Shown here piece by piece: positions 40,881 to 50,222 of a stretch of 64,000 bases of DNA. This stretch comes from Staphylococcus phage AH12. The DNA lies in the sequence record OR455461.1; one strand, 5' to 3'. Numbering within the stretch: the stretch's first letter is position 1; every line of letters starts with the position of its first letter. The translations under genes and the position numbers were made by a program. The notes below the pieces were generated by a model. That model saw only the letters and a program-made list of their open reading frames with translations. It was not told the DNA's origin and ran no database searches.

Positions 40881-42797
40881 ATGTCTAAAGAAATAAATAA
40901 AACAGATTTAAATGAAGAAGATATGTTTTTATATGAAGGAAATGATTTAGATAGTAATGATGAGGAATTAGAAAGAGATATTCCTGAAGATGAGGAAGAA
41001 ATTGAAGAAACTTTCAATAAATTAATCAATGAAGAAGAAATTGATGATAAAGAAACTGATGATCTTGATGAAATAGAAGATGCTGAAGAAGAAGATGATG
41101 TAAAAGTTATTGATTCTGATGATCCTGAATACGACAGTCCTATTATCTTAGATAAAGATGATGTAGTTGATGATGATACCGCAAATAATGATGTTCAAGA
41201 AAATCTTTTATTTAATGAAGATGATAAAGAAGATGAAGAAGAAACACAACCTGGTTATACTGAATTAAGAGCTAAATTCTTAGATTCTCAAATGGTAGTT
41301 CCTACTACTTTTGGTCCTCATTCAACTTATGGAGTTAATACATCTAGTGCAAGTACTTCAGCATCTTCTGTTAGTGATGGAGGAATGTCAACAGCTAACG
41401 GTACAGCTAGTGTTGGTGGAGCAGTTACTGAAACTTATTTATACAATAAAGATCCTAAACCTGAATTTACTTTTGTAGATTTAAAAAATGCTTTGTTAGA
41501 TACCGATGCCGAAGTAGGATATACAATAGGTACACCTGAATCTAGTGAAGTAAAAAATCAAAGTAAAAATATTGTTGCTAATGAAGCTTATGTAGATGAG
41601 GAAAATAAAGCATTTCCTTTTGTTAAAGTAAATGAAAATTACGATACTGCAATTGTAAAAGCTTTTAACGGTGAAGTTAAGAAAATTAATGAATCCATTT
41701 TAAATACTTTTAAATTAGAATCTAAAAGTAGAAAACAAATTTTTGTTACTAATGAATCAATTGAAACTATGCGTAGACTATTAAATGAAACTGGAAAAAT
41801 TAAAAATGGTCAACAAATTTGTGAAGATTGTGGCAGTAAACTTTCTCTTAATGAATCTAATGAATTAATCTGTGAAAGTTGTAGCAAAGATATAAATGAA
41901 GCAATTAAACAAGAAAAAGAAGTTGGAGAAGTTATCTGTAATGAGTGTGGTGTACAAGAAGAAGTTGACCCTAACGTTAATGAAGCTGAATTAGTTTGTG
42001 AAAATTGTGGTTCTGATGATGTTGAATTTAAAACTAAAGTTATTAATGAATTTGAAACTAATGAAGAATTTTCACCTAAAGATTTATTAAGATATGCAAC
42101 TACAATTTCCGAATCATTGGGTAAACGTGTAGATATAGTTGTGTCTAAAGAATCTTATTCACAAATTCCTTCTGTATATGATCCATCTTCTTTACTTGTA
42201 GATAAAGTTGACTTTGGTAAAGGATTTAAAAAAGTAATTGTTGTATCTCCTAAAGGAAATAAATTACTTAAAGAACTTTACACTAGTAATGAAATTAATT
42301 TTGATTCACTTAAAGAAGAATTCAATAATCAATTAATACAACGTGTTACTAATGAATCACTAAATGGAATTTTAGAAAACTTTTTAAATCCTTTAGATGA
42401 AGTTAATCATAGTGTAAAAGAAGAACTTAATAATAATGAAGTTGATCTAGAACAATTAGAAGAATCAATTAATAATGAAATGAAAAATAAAGATGAAGTA
42501 TTATATGAAGGTCATGAAGAGTCTTTAGAAGAATTTTATGAAGATATTGTTTTTGAAGCTTATGAAAATGTACCTAATATAGATGAAGAAAAATTCAAAA
42601 AAGCTTTAAGTGAAAATATCAATGATCTTAATGTTAATAAAGAAATTAAAGTTAGTGAATCATCATTAATTATCAATGGAAAAACTATTGATTTTGAAGA
42701 TAAAAATGAAAAAGAATTAAAAGAAATGCTAATGAATGAAGATAGATTAGAACAAAACCTATTAAACGAAAATATTTTTAAAATTATTAATGGTTAG
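40881..42797 (+). CDS. hypothetical acidic protein with two zinc-ribbon modules (CEDCGSKLSLNESNELICESC; CNECG...CENCGSDD)
   Basis: The 638-aa ORF has an RBS 'aaaggagaat' and a D/E-rich N-terminus. Its Cys motifs are paralogous to those in 38186-39448. Confidence 0.5.
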   Translation: MSKEINKTDLNEEDMFLYEGNDLDSNDEELERDIPEDEEEIEETFNKLINEEEIDDKETDDLDEIEDAEEEDDVKVIDSDDPEYDSPIILDKDDVVDDDTANNDVQENLLFNEDDKEDEEETQPGYTELRAKFLDSQMVVPTTFGPHSTYGVNTSSASTSASSVSDGGMSTANGTASVGGAVTETYLYNKDPKPEFTFVDLKNALLDTDAEVGYTIGTPESSEVKNQSKNIVANEAYVDEENKAFPFVKVNENYDTAIVKAFNGEVKKINESILNTFKLESKSRKQIFVTNESIETMRRLLNETGKIKNGQQICEDCGSKLSLNESNELICESCSKDINEAIKQEKEVGEVICNECGVQEEVDPNVNEAELVCENCGSDDVEFKTKVINEFETNEEFSPKDLLRYATTISESLGKRVDIVVSKESYSQIPSVYDPSSLLVDKVDFGKGFKKVIVVSPKGNKLLKELYTSNEINFDSLKEEFNNQLIQRVTNESLNGILENFLNPLDEVNHSVKEELNNNEVDLEQLEESINNEMKNKDEVLYEGHEESLEEFYEDIVFEAYENVPNIDEEKFKKALSENINDLNVNKEIKVSESSLIINGKTIDFEDKNEKELKEMLMNEDRLEQNLLNENIFKIING

Positions 42798-42844
42798 AAT
42801 TTTATAACATTATTATATAATATTAATTATTTTTCGCTGTTTTA

Positions 42845-42940
42845 AATAAAACCCTAATACATTACTAAACGATGAGCCAATTTAAAAATAAGAAACTCTC
42901 ATCAGTTTAAAAAATGTATTAGGGGGTTTTATTTGAAAAA
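42845..42940 (+). terminator. long-loop hairpin (AAACCCTAATACATT ... AATGTATTAGGGGGTTTT) after gene
   Basis: A 13-bp inverted repeat encloses a loop of about 55 nt and is followed by T residues. Confidence 0.4.
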
Positions 42941-42966
42941 ATTAAACAGAAAGTAGGAGAAAACTT

Positions 42967-44121
42967 TTGAATAACGAAGATGGTAAAGTTTTAATAACGG
43001 TTCCCCATAGAACATATATACCTAATAAAGGGATGGGTCCAATAAATAAACCCTTTTATGTTAATAAAGATATTTTAAAATTGTATGACTTAATGAATAT
43101 ACAATATAAGAGAATAACTGAGTATGATTATGTAGATATAAATGAAGATGGAAAATATGAAGTTGAAGAAATTAAATCAGTAGAAGATTATATTGAAATG
43201 AAGTACTTACAGGTTAATGAAATACTTAAACAGATAAAAATTATATCTAATGACAGTGAAAAGATTAATAACGAAATGGAAGACAAATTTAAAAAAGTTA
43301 AAGAAAATTTAATCGATACTGACAATCTTAATGAATATTTAAGTGACCTTGATAAATTTAAATATAATATAGAAGATAAAAAATTAGATCTTCAATCTGA
43401 AAAAGAAGATGTTATTTCAACAATAGAAGATATGAATAATAAATTGAGTAATATGAAAGATACTTTATCAGATTTTGAAAAAGTAAGAGAACAGTTCAAT
43501 AGTAATTATAATAATACAATGAGTCTTAATGATGAAATGCAGAATCTAAGTGAAACTGCAAATTATATTAAGAATATGGAAAATGATGTAGTTAAGGTTG
43601 AAGAAAAATTAAATCTTATAAAAAATAAATCTGAAGAACTAAAATCTTCACAAGATTCATTTAATAATAAAATAGATGATTTTGAAAATAAATTATTAGA
43701 TTATAAAGAAAATCTTAAAAATTATATGATAGAAAATGCTGAAAAGTATAAAGGTGATCCAGGTATGCAAGGTCCAAGAGGTGAACCTTTCAAATATTCC
43801 GATTTTACTCAAGAGCAATTAGCTGAGTTAAAAGGAGATAAATTCACATACGAAGATTTTACTCAAGATCAATTAGACTTATTAAAAGGTGAAAAAGGTG
43901 ATAAATTAACTTTTAGTGATTTAACTACTGAAGATAAAAAAGAACTAAAAGGTGATAAAGGGGATAAATTAACTTTTAATGATCTGTCTAGTGAAGATAA
44001 AGAAGAATTAAAAGGTGAACAAGGAGATAAGGGTGATTCAGCTCCTCCTAAAGTATTCACTAGAGATGAGTATGATACTTTAGAAGAAAAAGATCCTAAT
44101 ACGCTTTACTTTATTATATAG
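42967..44121 (+). CDS. collagen-like repeat protein (tail-fiber/appendage candidate); N-terminal module shared with 47912-48475
   Basis: Gly-X-Y runs such as 'GDPGMQGPRGEP' and repeated 'KGDKGDKLTF.DL' are present. The N-terminal 'VPHRTYIPNKGMGPINKPFYVNKDILKLY' parallels 'VPGKGKGPFVKPFIATGSQIRLY'. Confidence 0.5.
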   Translation: MNNEDGKVLITVPHRTYIPNKGMGPINKPFYVNKDILKLYDLMNIQYKRITEYDYVDINEDGKYEVEEIKSVEDYIEMKYLQVNEILKQIKIISNDSEKINNEMEDKFKKVKENLIDTDNLNEYLSDLDKFKYNIEDKKLDLQSEKEDVISTIEDMNNKLSNMKDTLSDFEKVREQFNSNYNNTMSLNDEMQNLSETANYIKNMENDVVKVEEKLNLIKNKSEELKSSQDSFNNKIDDFENKLLDYKENLKNYMIENAEKYKGDPGMQGPRGEPFKYSDFTQEQLAELKGDKFTYEDFTQDQLDLLKGEKGDKLTFSDLTTEDKKELKGDKGDKLTFNDLSSEDKEELKGEQGDKGDSAPPKVFTRDEYDTLEEKDPNTLYFII

Positions 44122-44126
44122 AAAGG

Positions 44127-44957
44127 ATGATTGAAATGTTAAATATAGGAAGTCTTAAATCATCTTTTCTATATAAAGGTGATAATTTAATTTATCCCAA
44201 TCCTATTAAAGATGGTTTAATACTATGGTATGATTTTGCAGGAATGAAAAATGATAGTGTTAATAAAAATATTACAAAAGATTTAACAAAGAATACAAAT
44301 GAAAGTGCTAAACACTTTAATTTTTTATACAATTCTCAAAGTGGATATAATAAAGGAATAAAGTTTGATGGTATTGATGATAGAATTATTCCAATAGCGA
44401 AACATGTAGATGATGGTACAACAGGTCAATTGGATATGAAAAAAATAAATAATGGACAACTTTTCTCCGTTGAAATGACAATAAAGATGTCTGACACGCT
44501 TATAGAACAAGGCTCAGAAATATTTATGACTAGTAAGACATACGGTAGATTTTGGTTACAATTTTTGAAAGATAATAACCACACTGAATCCGATGAGTTT
44601 GTTATATCCACTTCAACATATTATGGAAATGAAGGCGGAAGAAGTACTTACGTATTTAGTAAAGAAGAATCATATAAATATGGAGATGAATTTCATTTAA
44701 CTGCTACATTAGATAAAAATGATAAAATCATATTATATGTAAATGGAATAAAAAAAGACGAAAAACCTTTAGACGATATCAAAATTACAACTCCTCAAGA
44801 ACAAGACTTCTTAGTCTATATGGGTCAAGGAGATTCAAGTGCGTATTATCGTAGATTTGACCATGAACTATACTCAATGAAAATATACGACAGAGTTCTT
44901 ACTGAAGAAGAAATCCAATATAATTATCAATTAGAAAAAGAAAGATGGGAGTTATAA
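44127..44957 (+). CDS. LamG (concanavalin A-like lectin/glucanase) domain protein
   Basis: 'NPIKDGLILWYDFAGMKND' and a C-terminal 'YNYQLEKERWEL' are present. The protein is a paralog of the next gene. Confidence 0.55.
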   Translation: MIEMLNIGSLKSSFLYKGDNLIYPNPIKDGLILWYDFAGMKNDSVNKNITKDLTKNTNESAKHFNFLYNSQSGYNKGIKFDGIDDRIIPIAKHVDDGTTGQLDMKKINNGQLFSVEMTIKMSDTLIEQGSEIFMTSKTYGRFWLQFLKDNNHTESDEFVISTSTYYGNEGGRSTYVFSKEESYKYGDEFHLTATLDKNDKIILYVNGIKKDEKPLDDIKITTPQEQDFLVYMGQGDSSAYYRRFDHELYSMKIYDRVLTEEEIQYNYQLEKERWEL

Positions 44958-45688
44958 TTATGAGTATAATTAAATTAGGCAATGATCCCATATCTTTTGT
45001 TTATCAAGGTAATGAGTTGTTATATCCTAATCCAGTTAAAGACGGTTTATTATTATGGTATGATTTTAAAGGTATAAAGAATGACATGAATAAAGATGTT
45101 GCTATAGATTTAAGTGGAAACGAGAACAATGGGACTTTACAAAATTTTGCTTATACAAGCGATAGTGGATATGATGACGGATTGAAATTTGACAATATCG
45201 ATGATAGATTGGTTACAAATACTAATATTGAGTCTAATTCATTTACTTTATCTATGACTATTGATATAAAAAATCAAAAAGATATAAATTTTTTATTTGG
45301 TGGCAATATTTCTGCGTTTTATATGAGAAAAAATTACAATGATTTACACGCTTCTATTTTTACTGACAAACAAGTAACTTCTTCATCCGGAAATAAATTC
45401 TTCTATAATCTATTTAATGAAGGTAAATCAAAATGTCAGGTTATATTAAAAGTCGATGACGATAATAAGACACTTTCAATATTAGGTAATGGAATATTGC
45501 TTGATGAAAGAATATTTGAAGGTATAATAAATAAATGGAGGGTAACTAGTTTGGGAGCATGGTCATCATCATCTAATAATGACAATCTCAATGGTAAACT
45601 TTTATCATCCCATCTTTACAATAGAGCATTATCTCTAGAAGAAATAAAACATAACTTTGAGTTAGAAAAAGAAAGGTGGAACTTGTAA
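44945..45688 (+). CDS. LamG domain protein (paralog of 44127-44957)
   Basis: 'NPVKDGLLLWYDFKGIKND...DLSGNENNGTLQN' and a C-terminal 'HNFELEKERWNL' are present. The true start is probably the ATG at about 44960. Confidence 0.55.
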   Translation: MGVIIMSIIKLGNDPISFVYQGNELLYPNPVKDGLLLWYDFKGIKNDMNKDVAIDLSGNENNGTLQNFAYTSDSGYDDGLKFDNIDDRLVTNTNIESNSFTLSMTIDIKNQKDINFLFGGNISAFYMRKNYNDLHASIFTDKQVTSSSGNKFFYNLFNEGKSKCQVILKVDDDNKTLSILGNGILLDERIFEGIINKWRVTSLGAWSSSSNNDNLNGKLLSSHLYNRALSLEEIKHNFELEKERWNL

Positions 45689-45909
45689 TGAAGTTTGTAA
45701 TTGCAGATGTGGAATTTTTTGAAAGATTGGGTTATAGCACTAAATATTGGAGAAAATCTGTAGACGGAAATAAAACTATATGTCATCTAGAATATGCAGA
45801 AATTTTAGATAACGGTATTCAAGAAGAAGAAGATGTTTTAGTCGTTGATGCAACTGAAGCTCAAGATATTATGAATACGGAAGAATGGTCTAGTAAAGAA
45901 GAAGAATAA
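45676..45909 (+). CDS. hypothetical small acidic protein
   Basis: Its start overlaps the stop of the previous gene (ATGA). Confidence 0.35.
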   Translation: MELVMKFVIADVEFFERLGYSTKYWRKSVDGNKTICHLEYAEILDNGIQEEEDVLVVDATEAQDIMNTEEWSSKEEE

Positions 45910-45950
45910 GAACAAGTAAATATAATAAAAATAAATGGAGGAAATTTTTT

Positions 45951-46913
45951 ATGGCTAAAAAACATATCGGTACATGGAACGGTGTTCCTGTTTATACTGA
46001 TTTTTTACCAATAGGTACACGTAGAGCTGGAGATAAGCTTAACGGACCTAAATTTATTGTTGCTCATGACACAGGAAACCCTAACACTACTGCTCAAAAT
46101 AATGTCGATTACTATCGTAATTCATATAATATCGACTGGAACTATACTGCTTCAGCACATATTTTTGTTGATGATAAAGAATGTATTATCTGTGTTCCTT
46201 TAGATGAAAAAGCATGGCATGTTATGTATAATACACCAACTGACAATGCTTGGTATGGAGCAGATGCAAACGATGCAGCTATTGGTGTTGAAGGATGTTA
46301 CTTCTCTAATAGAAGTCGTTCATTAAAATCATTTGATAACTATTGTCGTATTCTTGCTTTCTTATGTAAAGAATATAAAATTAATGCAAGCACAAATATG
46401 CCTGGTCACCAAGATATTCAGGCAGATAAACAAGATCCAGGTAACTTATTAGCTGCATGCGGTATGTCTCGTAGTGTTTCTAATGTAGATAAAAAAGTTC
46501 TAGCTTATATGAAAACTGGTGCTACTTCTACAGCTAAAACTTCAACAGCAACTAAAGTTGCTACTAAAGAAGAAGTTGCTAAGAAAGCTCCAGCTAAACC
46601 AGCTAAAACTTCAACTGCAACTTCTAAAACTTGGAAACGTAATTCTGCAGGTATTCTATGGAAAACTGAAAAAGCTACATTTAAATGTGGTGTTGCAGTA
46701 GGTATTAAAACACGTAAAGGTGGTCCATGGACTGGATGGCCGCAAGGTCCATTTATGGCTAAAGGAGATACTATTAAATATGATGAAATTCAAGATTTTG
46801 ATGGATATATTTGGGTATCAGGTAACTTTAAAGGCCAATACGTTTATGTACCGGTTGGTAAATCAACAGGAAATGGTAAACGTGTAGGTCCAGCATGGGG
46901 TACATTTAGTTAA
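45951..46913 (+). CDS. endolysin 1: N-acetylmuramoyl-L-alanine amidase (Amidase_2/PGRP) + SH3b (SH3_5) cell-wall-binding domain
   Basis: The amidase motifs 'IVAHDTGNP', 'WHV' and 'GVEGCYF' are present. The C-terminal 'WKRNSAGILWKTEKATFKCGV...GPAWGTFS' aligns to staphylococcal lysin SH3b domains. An RBS 'aatggagga' lies upstream. Confidence 0.8.
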   Translation: MAKKHIGTWNGVPVYTDFLPIGTRRAGDKLNGPKFIVAHDTGNPNTTAQNNVDYYRNSYNIDWNYTASAHIFVDDKECIICVPLDEKAWHVMYNTPTDNAWYGADANDAAIGVEGCYFSNRSRSLKSFDNYCRILAFLCKEYKINASTNMPGHQDIQADKQDPGNLLAACGMSRSVSNVDKKVLAYMKTGATSTAKTSTATKVATKEEVAKKAPAKPAKTSTATSKTWKRNSAGILWKTEKATFKCGVAVGIKTRKGGPWTGWPQGPFMAKGDTIKYDEIQDFDGYIWVSGNFKGQYVYVPVGKSTGNGKRVGPAWGTFS

Positions 46914-47028
46914 TTCATTAATTTAATTGTCCTAACGTTCATATAGAGCGTTAGGACTTATTTCTTTAATAGAAGAACAGGTTATTATAAATATATAAAA
47001 TGGAATAAAGAAAGGATTTGAATTCTAT

Positions 47029-47826
47029 ATGAAAACAAAAACTCAAGCTCTTGATTGGGTTAATAATCGTATTGGTCGCAGACTAGACTTTGATGGTTGG
47101 TATGGAGCTCAGTGTATGGATTTAACTATAGGTTACTGTGATTATATTTCAGGAGGTTCATTCCGTCCTTGGGGTAATGCAATTAATCTTAAAGACAATA
47201 CAATGCCAGCTGGATGGGAATTAATTAAAAATACTACATCATTCCTACCTCAACCTGGTGATATTGCTATTTGGGCTTATGCACCTTACGATGTTTATGG
47301 TCATACAGGTATTATTACTTCAGCTAACTTAAATAATTTCTATTCAATTGATCAGAACTGGTTTAACGCAGGAAGTAATGGTTCACCTGCTGCTAAAGTA
47401 TTTCATGATTATACAGGTTTCTGGGGAGTAATTCGTCCAGCTTTTGGTAGTACAACTACTAAGAAAGCAGTTACTAAGGAAGTCGCTACTAAGAAAGCAG
47501 TTGTTAAGAAAGCAACTCCTAAGAAAGCAACTACAACAGCTACTTGGAAACGTAACTCTGCAGGCATTCTATGGAAAACTGAAAAAGCTACATTTAAATG
47601 TAATGTATCTTCAGGAATCATTACACGTAAAAATGGTCCATGGACTGGATGGGCTCAAGGTCCATTTATGAAGAAAGGCGATAGTATTAAATATGACGAA
47701 ATTCAAGATTTTGATGGTCATGTTTGGGTATCAGGTAAATTTAAAGGACAATATGTATACGTGCCAATTGGTAAATCAAATGGTAAAGGACAACGTATTG
47801 GTGCCGCATGGGGTACATTTAGTTAA
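47029..47826 (+). CDS. endolysin 2: CHAP peptidase + SH3b (SH3_5) domain
   Basis: The CHAP Cys 'GAQCMDL' and His 'YGHTGII' are present. The C-terminal SH3b is about 85-90% identical to that of 45951-46913. Confidence 0.8.
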   Translation: MKTKTQALDWVNNRIGRRLDFDGWYGAQCMDLTIGYCDYISGGSFRPWGNAINLKDNTMPAGWELIKNTTSFLPQPGDIAIWAYAPYDVYGHTGIITSANLNNFYSIDQNWFNAGSNGSPAAKVFHDYTGFWGVIRPAFGSTTTKKAVTKEVATKKAVVKKATPKKATTTATWKRNSAGILWKTEKATFKCNVSSGIITRKNGPWTGWAQGPFMKKGDSIKYDEIQDFDGHVWVSGKFKGQYVYVPIGKSNGKGQRIGAAWGTFS

Positions 47827-47835
47827 TTAAGTTTT

Positions 47836-47868
47836 TAAAGGGATTTTTATAAAATCCCTTTCTAACTT
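47836..47868 (+). terminator. hairpin AAGGGATTTT..AAAATCCCTT + T-run
   Basis: A perfect inverted repeat lies directly after the lysin stop codon. Confidence 0.6.
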
Positions 47869-47911
47869 TTTTATATAATAAAATAATAAAGATGAAAGGA
47901 AAGAAAATTAT

Positions 47912-48475
47912 ATGTTAAAATTTAATGAAGATAATAATTTCATTATTATTAATGAAAAAGCATTTGTACCTGGTAAAGGTAAAGGTCCTTTTGTTAAACC
48001 ATTTATAGCTACAGGATCTCAAATTCGTTTATATAGACGTTTAGGTTTACAAGTAACAGTAGTAGATGAAGATTATGAATATCCTAGTGATAAAGATAAT
48101 AAAAAAGAAGAAAAAGCTGAAAAGAATGAAAAAGTCAGTGTTGAAAAAAGTAATGATACAACAACTGAAACAAAGAAAGATGAGAAAAGTGACTCTTCAG
48201 AAAGCAAAGAAGAGAGCGAAGTTTCTGAAGAAAGTAATGAAGAACAGTCAGTTGATGACAAAGTAGATGAACCTCAAGAAGATTCTAATGAAGAAAAAGA
48301 ATCTGATAAAGTTGAAGAAGATAGTTCTGAAGAAGAATCAGAAATTAGTGAAGAAGATTTAAATGAATTCACTGTAGCTGAACTTAAAGAAGAATTAGAT
48401 TCAAAAGGCGTTGAATATCCAAATAATGCACGTAAAAAAGATTTAATTGAATTATTAAAAGAAAACTCAAAATAA
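47912..48475 (+). CDS. acidic protein with N-terminal module shared with 42967-44121 and a C-terminal SAP/HeH-like motif
   Basis: 'EFTVAELKEELDSKGVEYPNNARKKDLIELL' resembles a SAP/HeH motif. The centre is E/S-rich. Confidence 0.4.
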   Translation: MLKFNEDNNFIIINEKAFVPGKGKGPFVKPFIATGSQIRLYRRLGLQVTVVDEDYEYPSDKDNKKEEKAEKNEKVSVEKSNDTTTETKKDEKSDSSESKEESEVSEESNEEQSVDDKVDEPQEDSNEEKESDKVEEDSSEEESEISEEDLNEFTVAELKEELDSKGVEYPNNARKKDLIELLKENSK

Positions 48476-48495
48476 GAAAGGAAGTTTAACTGATA

Positions 48496-50163
48496 ATGGC
48501 AACTACTAACTTTTATAAAGTGAAAGTATTAGATGAAAAAATAATTCCATTTTTAGGTTATAAAGAATACGGTCCTAGAGAAAATGTTATTCTTTCTGGT
48601 AGTGATTTAGCTAGTTTAAAACAAGCTGGTTGGACTATTACTGATGTTACACCTTTACCGGAAACTGGAAAAATTAAATATGATAGACGTACTATTTATT
48701 TCAAAACTGAAGGAGAACAAGGTAAATTTATTAATGTTCCTTTCTATGTAAATCCTGTTGATGCTCGTGATGTATTTGGTTTACTTAAACTTGATTTAAT
48801 CAAATTATCTGATGAAACAGTTGTAAGTACACATAATGTTAAAGATATTAAAAATGAAATATTAAGTATACCTACTTCTGATCTTGAAATTGGTGAAGAA
48901 TATAAATTAAGATTATACTTCCCTAAAGATGCAGATGAAGATTATGATATAGCTATTTCTGAAGGTCATAAAGATCTTTTTGAAAGAGTTCATGATGAAG
49001 TAACTATTAAAGTAAAAGAATATGGTAAAATTACAGGTCGTCTTGTTCAATTACAACAAGATATTAATGTATATAAAGAATCTGTATTACCTTTAGAGAA
49101 AATTGTAGGATATAAAGACTTTGATTCTAAAGAGGTAACTCCTATAAGTAAAGAGAATTTATTACAATTATTATCAGTTGAAGTTAGTGATACTAGCTTT
49201 GCTAAATTTGAACGTAATAAAAATCGCTTATTCTTCTATAGTAAAGAAGGAAAAATAGTTGTTAAAGTTATTGAAAAGAATATTCAAGACAATATCATTA
49301 ACTTTAACGTACGTATTTTAAGTGAAGAAACAGCACAAAAAGAAATTGATAAAAAACTTGAATATTCTGTTTATAATCCTGAAGATGGAAAATTTGAAAG
49401 CATTAATCAAACTAAAAGTATAACTGTTACTCCAGAGACAGTTAATATTGAAGCTGAAGGAACTCAAAAATTAGAAGTTACTACTGAACCAGAAGGAAGA
49501 AAAGTGAGCTTTGAGTTAAAAGACGGTTCTGAATTTGCTTCATTAGATAATAAAGGAAATATTACTGGTATTTCTGAAGGAACTGCAACTGTTACAGTTA
49601 AATCAGATAATGTTTCTAAAGATGTAAAGGTTAATGTAAGCCGTTTAAAGACTAAGAGTCTAACTGTTACTCCAGAAGAAATTAACATAGATGCAGAATC
49701 AACTCAACAGTTAGACGTTAAAATTCAACCAACTACAAACTCTGTAAGTTATTCTATTACTGAAGGATCTGAATTTGCTTCAGTTAATAACAGTGGTCTT
49801 GTAACTGCTAAAGCTGTAGGAACTGCTAAAGTTAAAGTAAGTTCTGATTCCATTAGTAAGACAGTTAATGTTAATGTAACTAGAGTAAAAACTAAAACTC
49901 TAAATGTTACTCCTAATAGTGTTGATATTAAAGATAATGAAACACAACAATTAACGGTAACTACGGATCCTAAAGGAAACCCTGTAAGCTATTCTATCTC
50001 TGAAGGATCTGAATTTGCTTCAGTTAATAATAGTGGTCTTGTAACCGCTATATCTGAAGGAACTGCTAAAGTTAAGGTTGTTTCTGATAGTGTAAGTAAA
50101 GATGTTAGTATTAACATATCTACTTCACAAGTAGAAGAATCTCCTGAAGAACCTTTAGAATAA
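48496..50163 (+). CDS. protein with three C-terminal tandem Big_2 (bacterial Ig-like) domains; virion decoration/adhesin candidate
   Basis: Three repeats of about 90 aa each match 'LTVTPE..NI.A..TQQL.V...P....VSYSI.EGSEFASV.N.G.VTA...GTA.VKV'. At DNA level this is a tandem repeat at about 49390-50150. Confidence 0.6.
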   Translation: MATTNFYKVKVLDEKIIPFLGYKEYGPRENVILSGSDLASLKQAGWTITDVTPLPETGKIKYDRRTIYFKTEGEQGKFINVPFYVNPVDARDVFGLLKLDLIKLSDETVVSTHNVKDIKNEILSIPTSDLEIGEEYKLRLYFPKDADEDYDIAISEGHKDLFERVHDEVTIKVKEYGKITGRLVQLQQDINVYKESVLPLEKIVGYKDFDSKEVTPISKENLLQLLSVEVSDTSFAKFERNKNRLFFYSKEGKIVVKVIEKNIQDNIINFNVRILSEETAQKEIDKKLEYSVYNPEDGKFESINQTKSITVTPETVNIEAEGTQKLEVTTEPEGRKVSFELKDGSEFASLDNKGNITGISEGTATVTVKSDNVSKDVKVNVSRLKTKSLTVTPEEINIDAESTQQLDVKIQPTTNSVSYSITEGSEFASVNNSGLVTAKAVGTAKVKVSSDSISKTVNVNVTRVKTKTLNVTPNSVDIKDNETQQLTVTTDPKGNPVSYSISEGSEFASVNNSGLVTAISEGTAKVKVVSDSVSKDVSINISTSQVEESPEEPLE

Positions 50164-50177
50164 AAAAAAAATAATAA

Positions 50178-50222
50178 AATTCCCCAATACCTAAATTAAT
50201 AGGTATTGGGGATTATATTTTT
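50178..50222. terminator. hairpin CCCCAATACCTAAATTAATAGGTATTGGGG between convergent genes
   Basis: The sequence is identical in family to the hairpins at 39450 and 21752. Confidence 0.65.

Noticed and set aside
47409-47671. Overlapping ORFs on both strands inside lysin 2
   Set aside because: They are produced by the repetitive Lys/Thr/Ala linker codons (AAGAAAGCA...). They are frame artefacts of the low-complexity linker.
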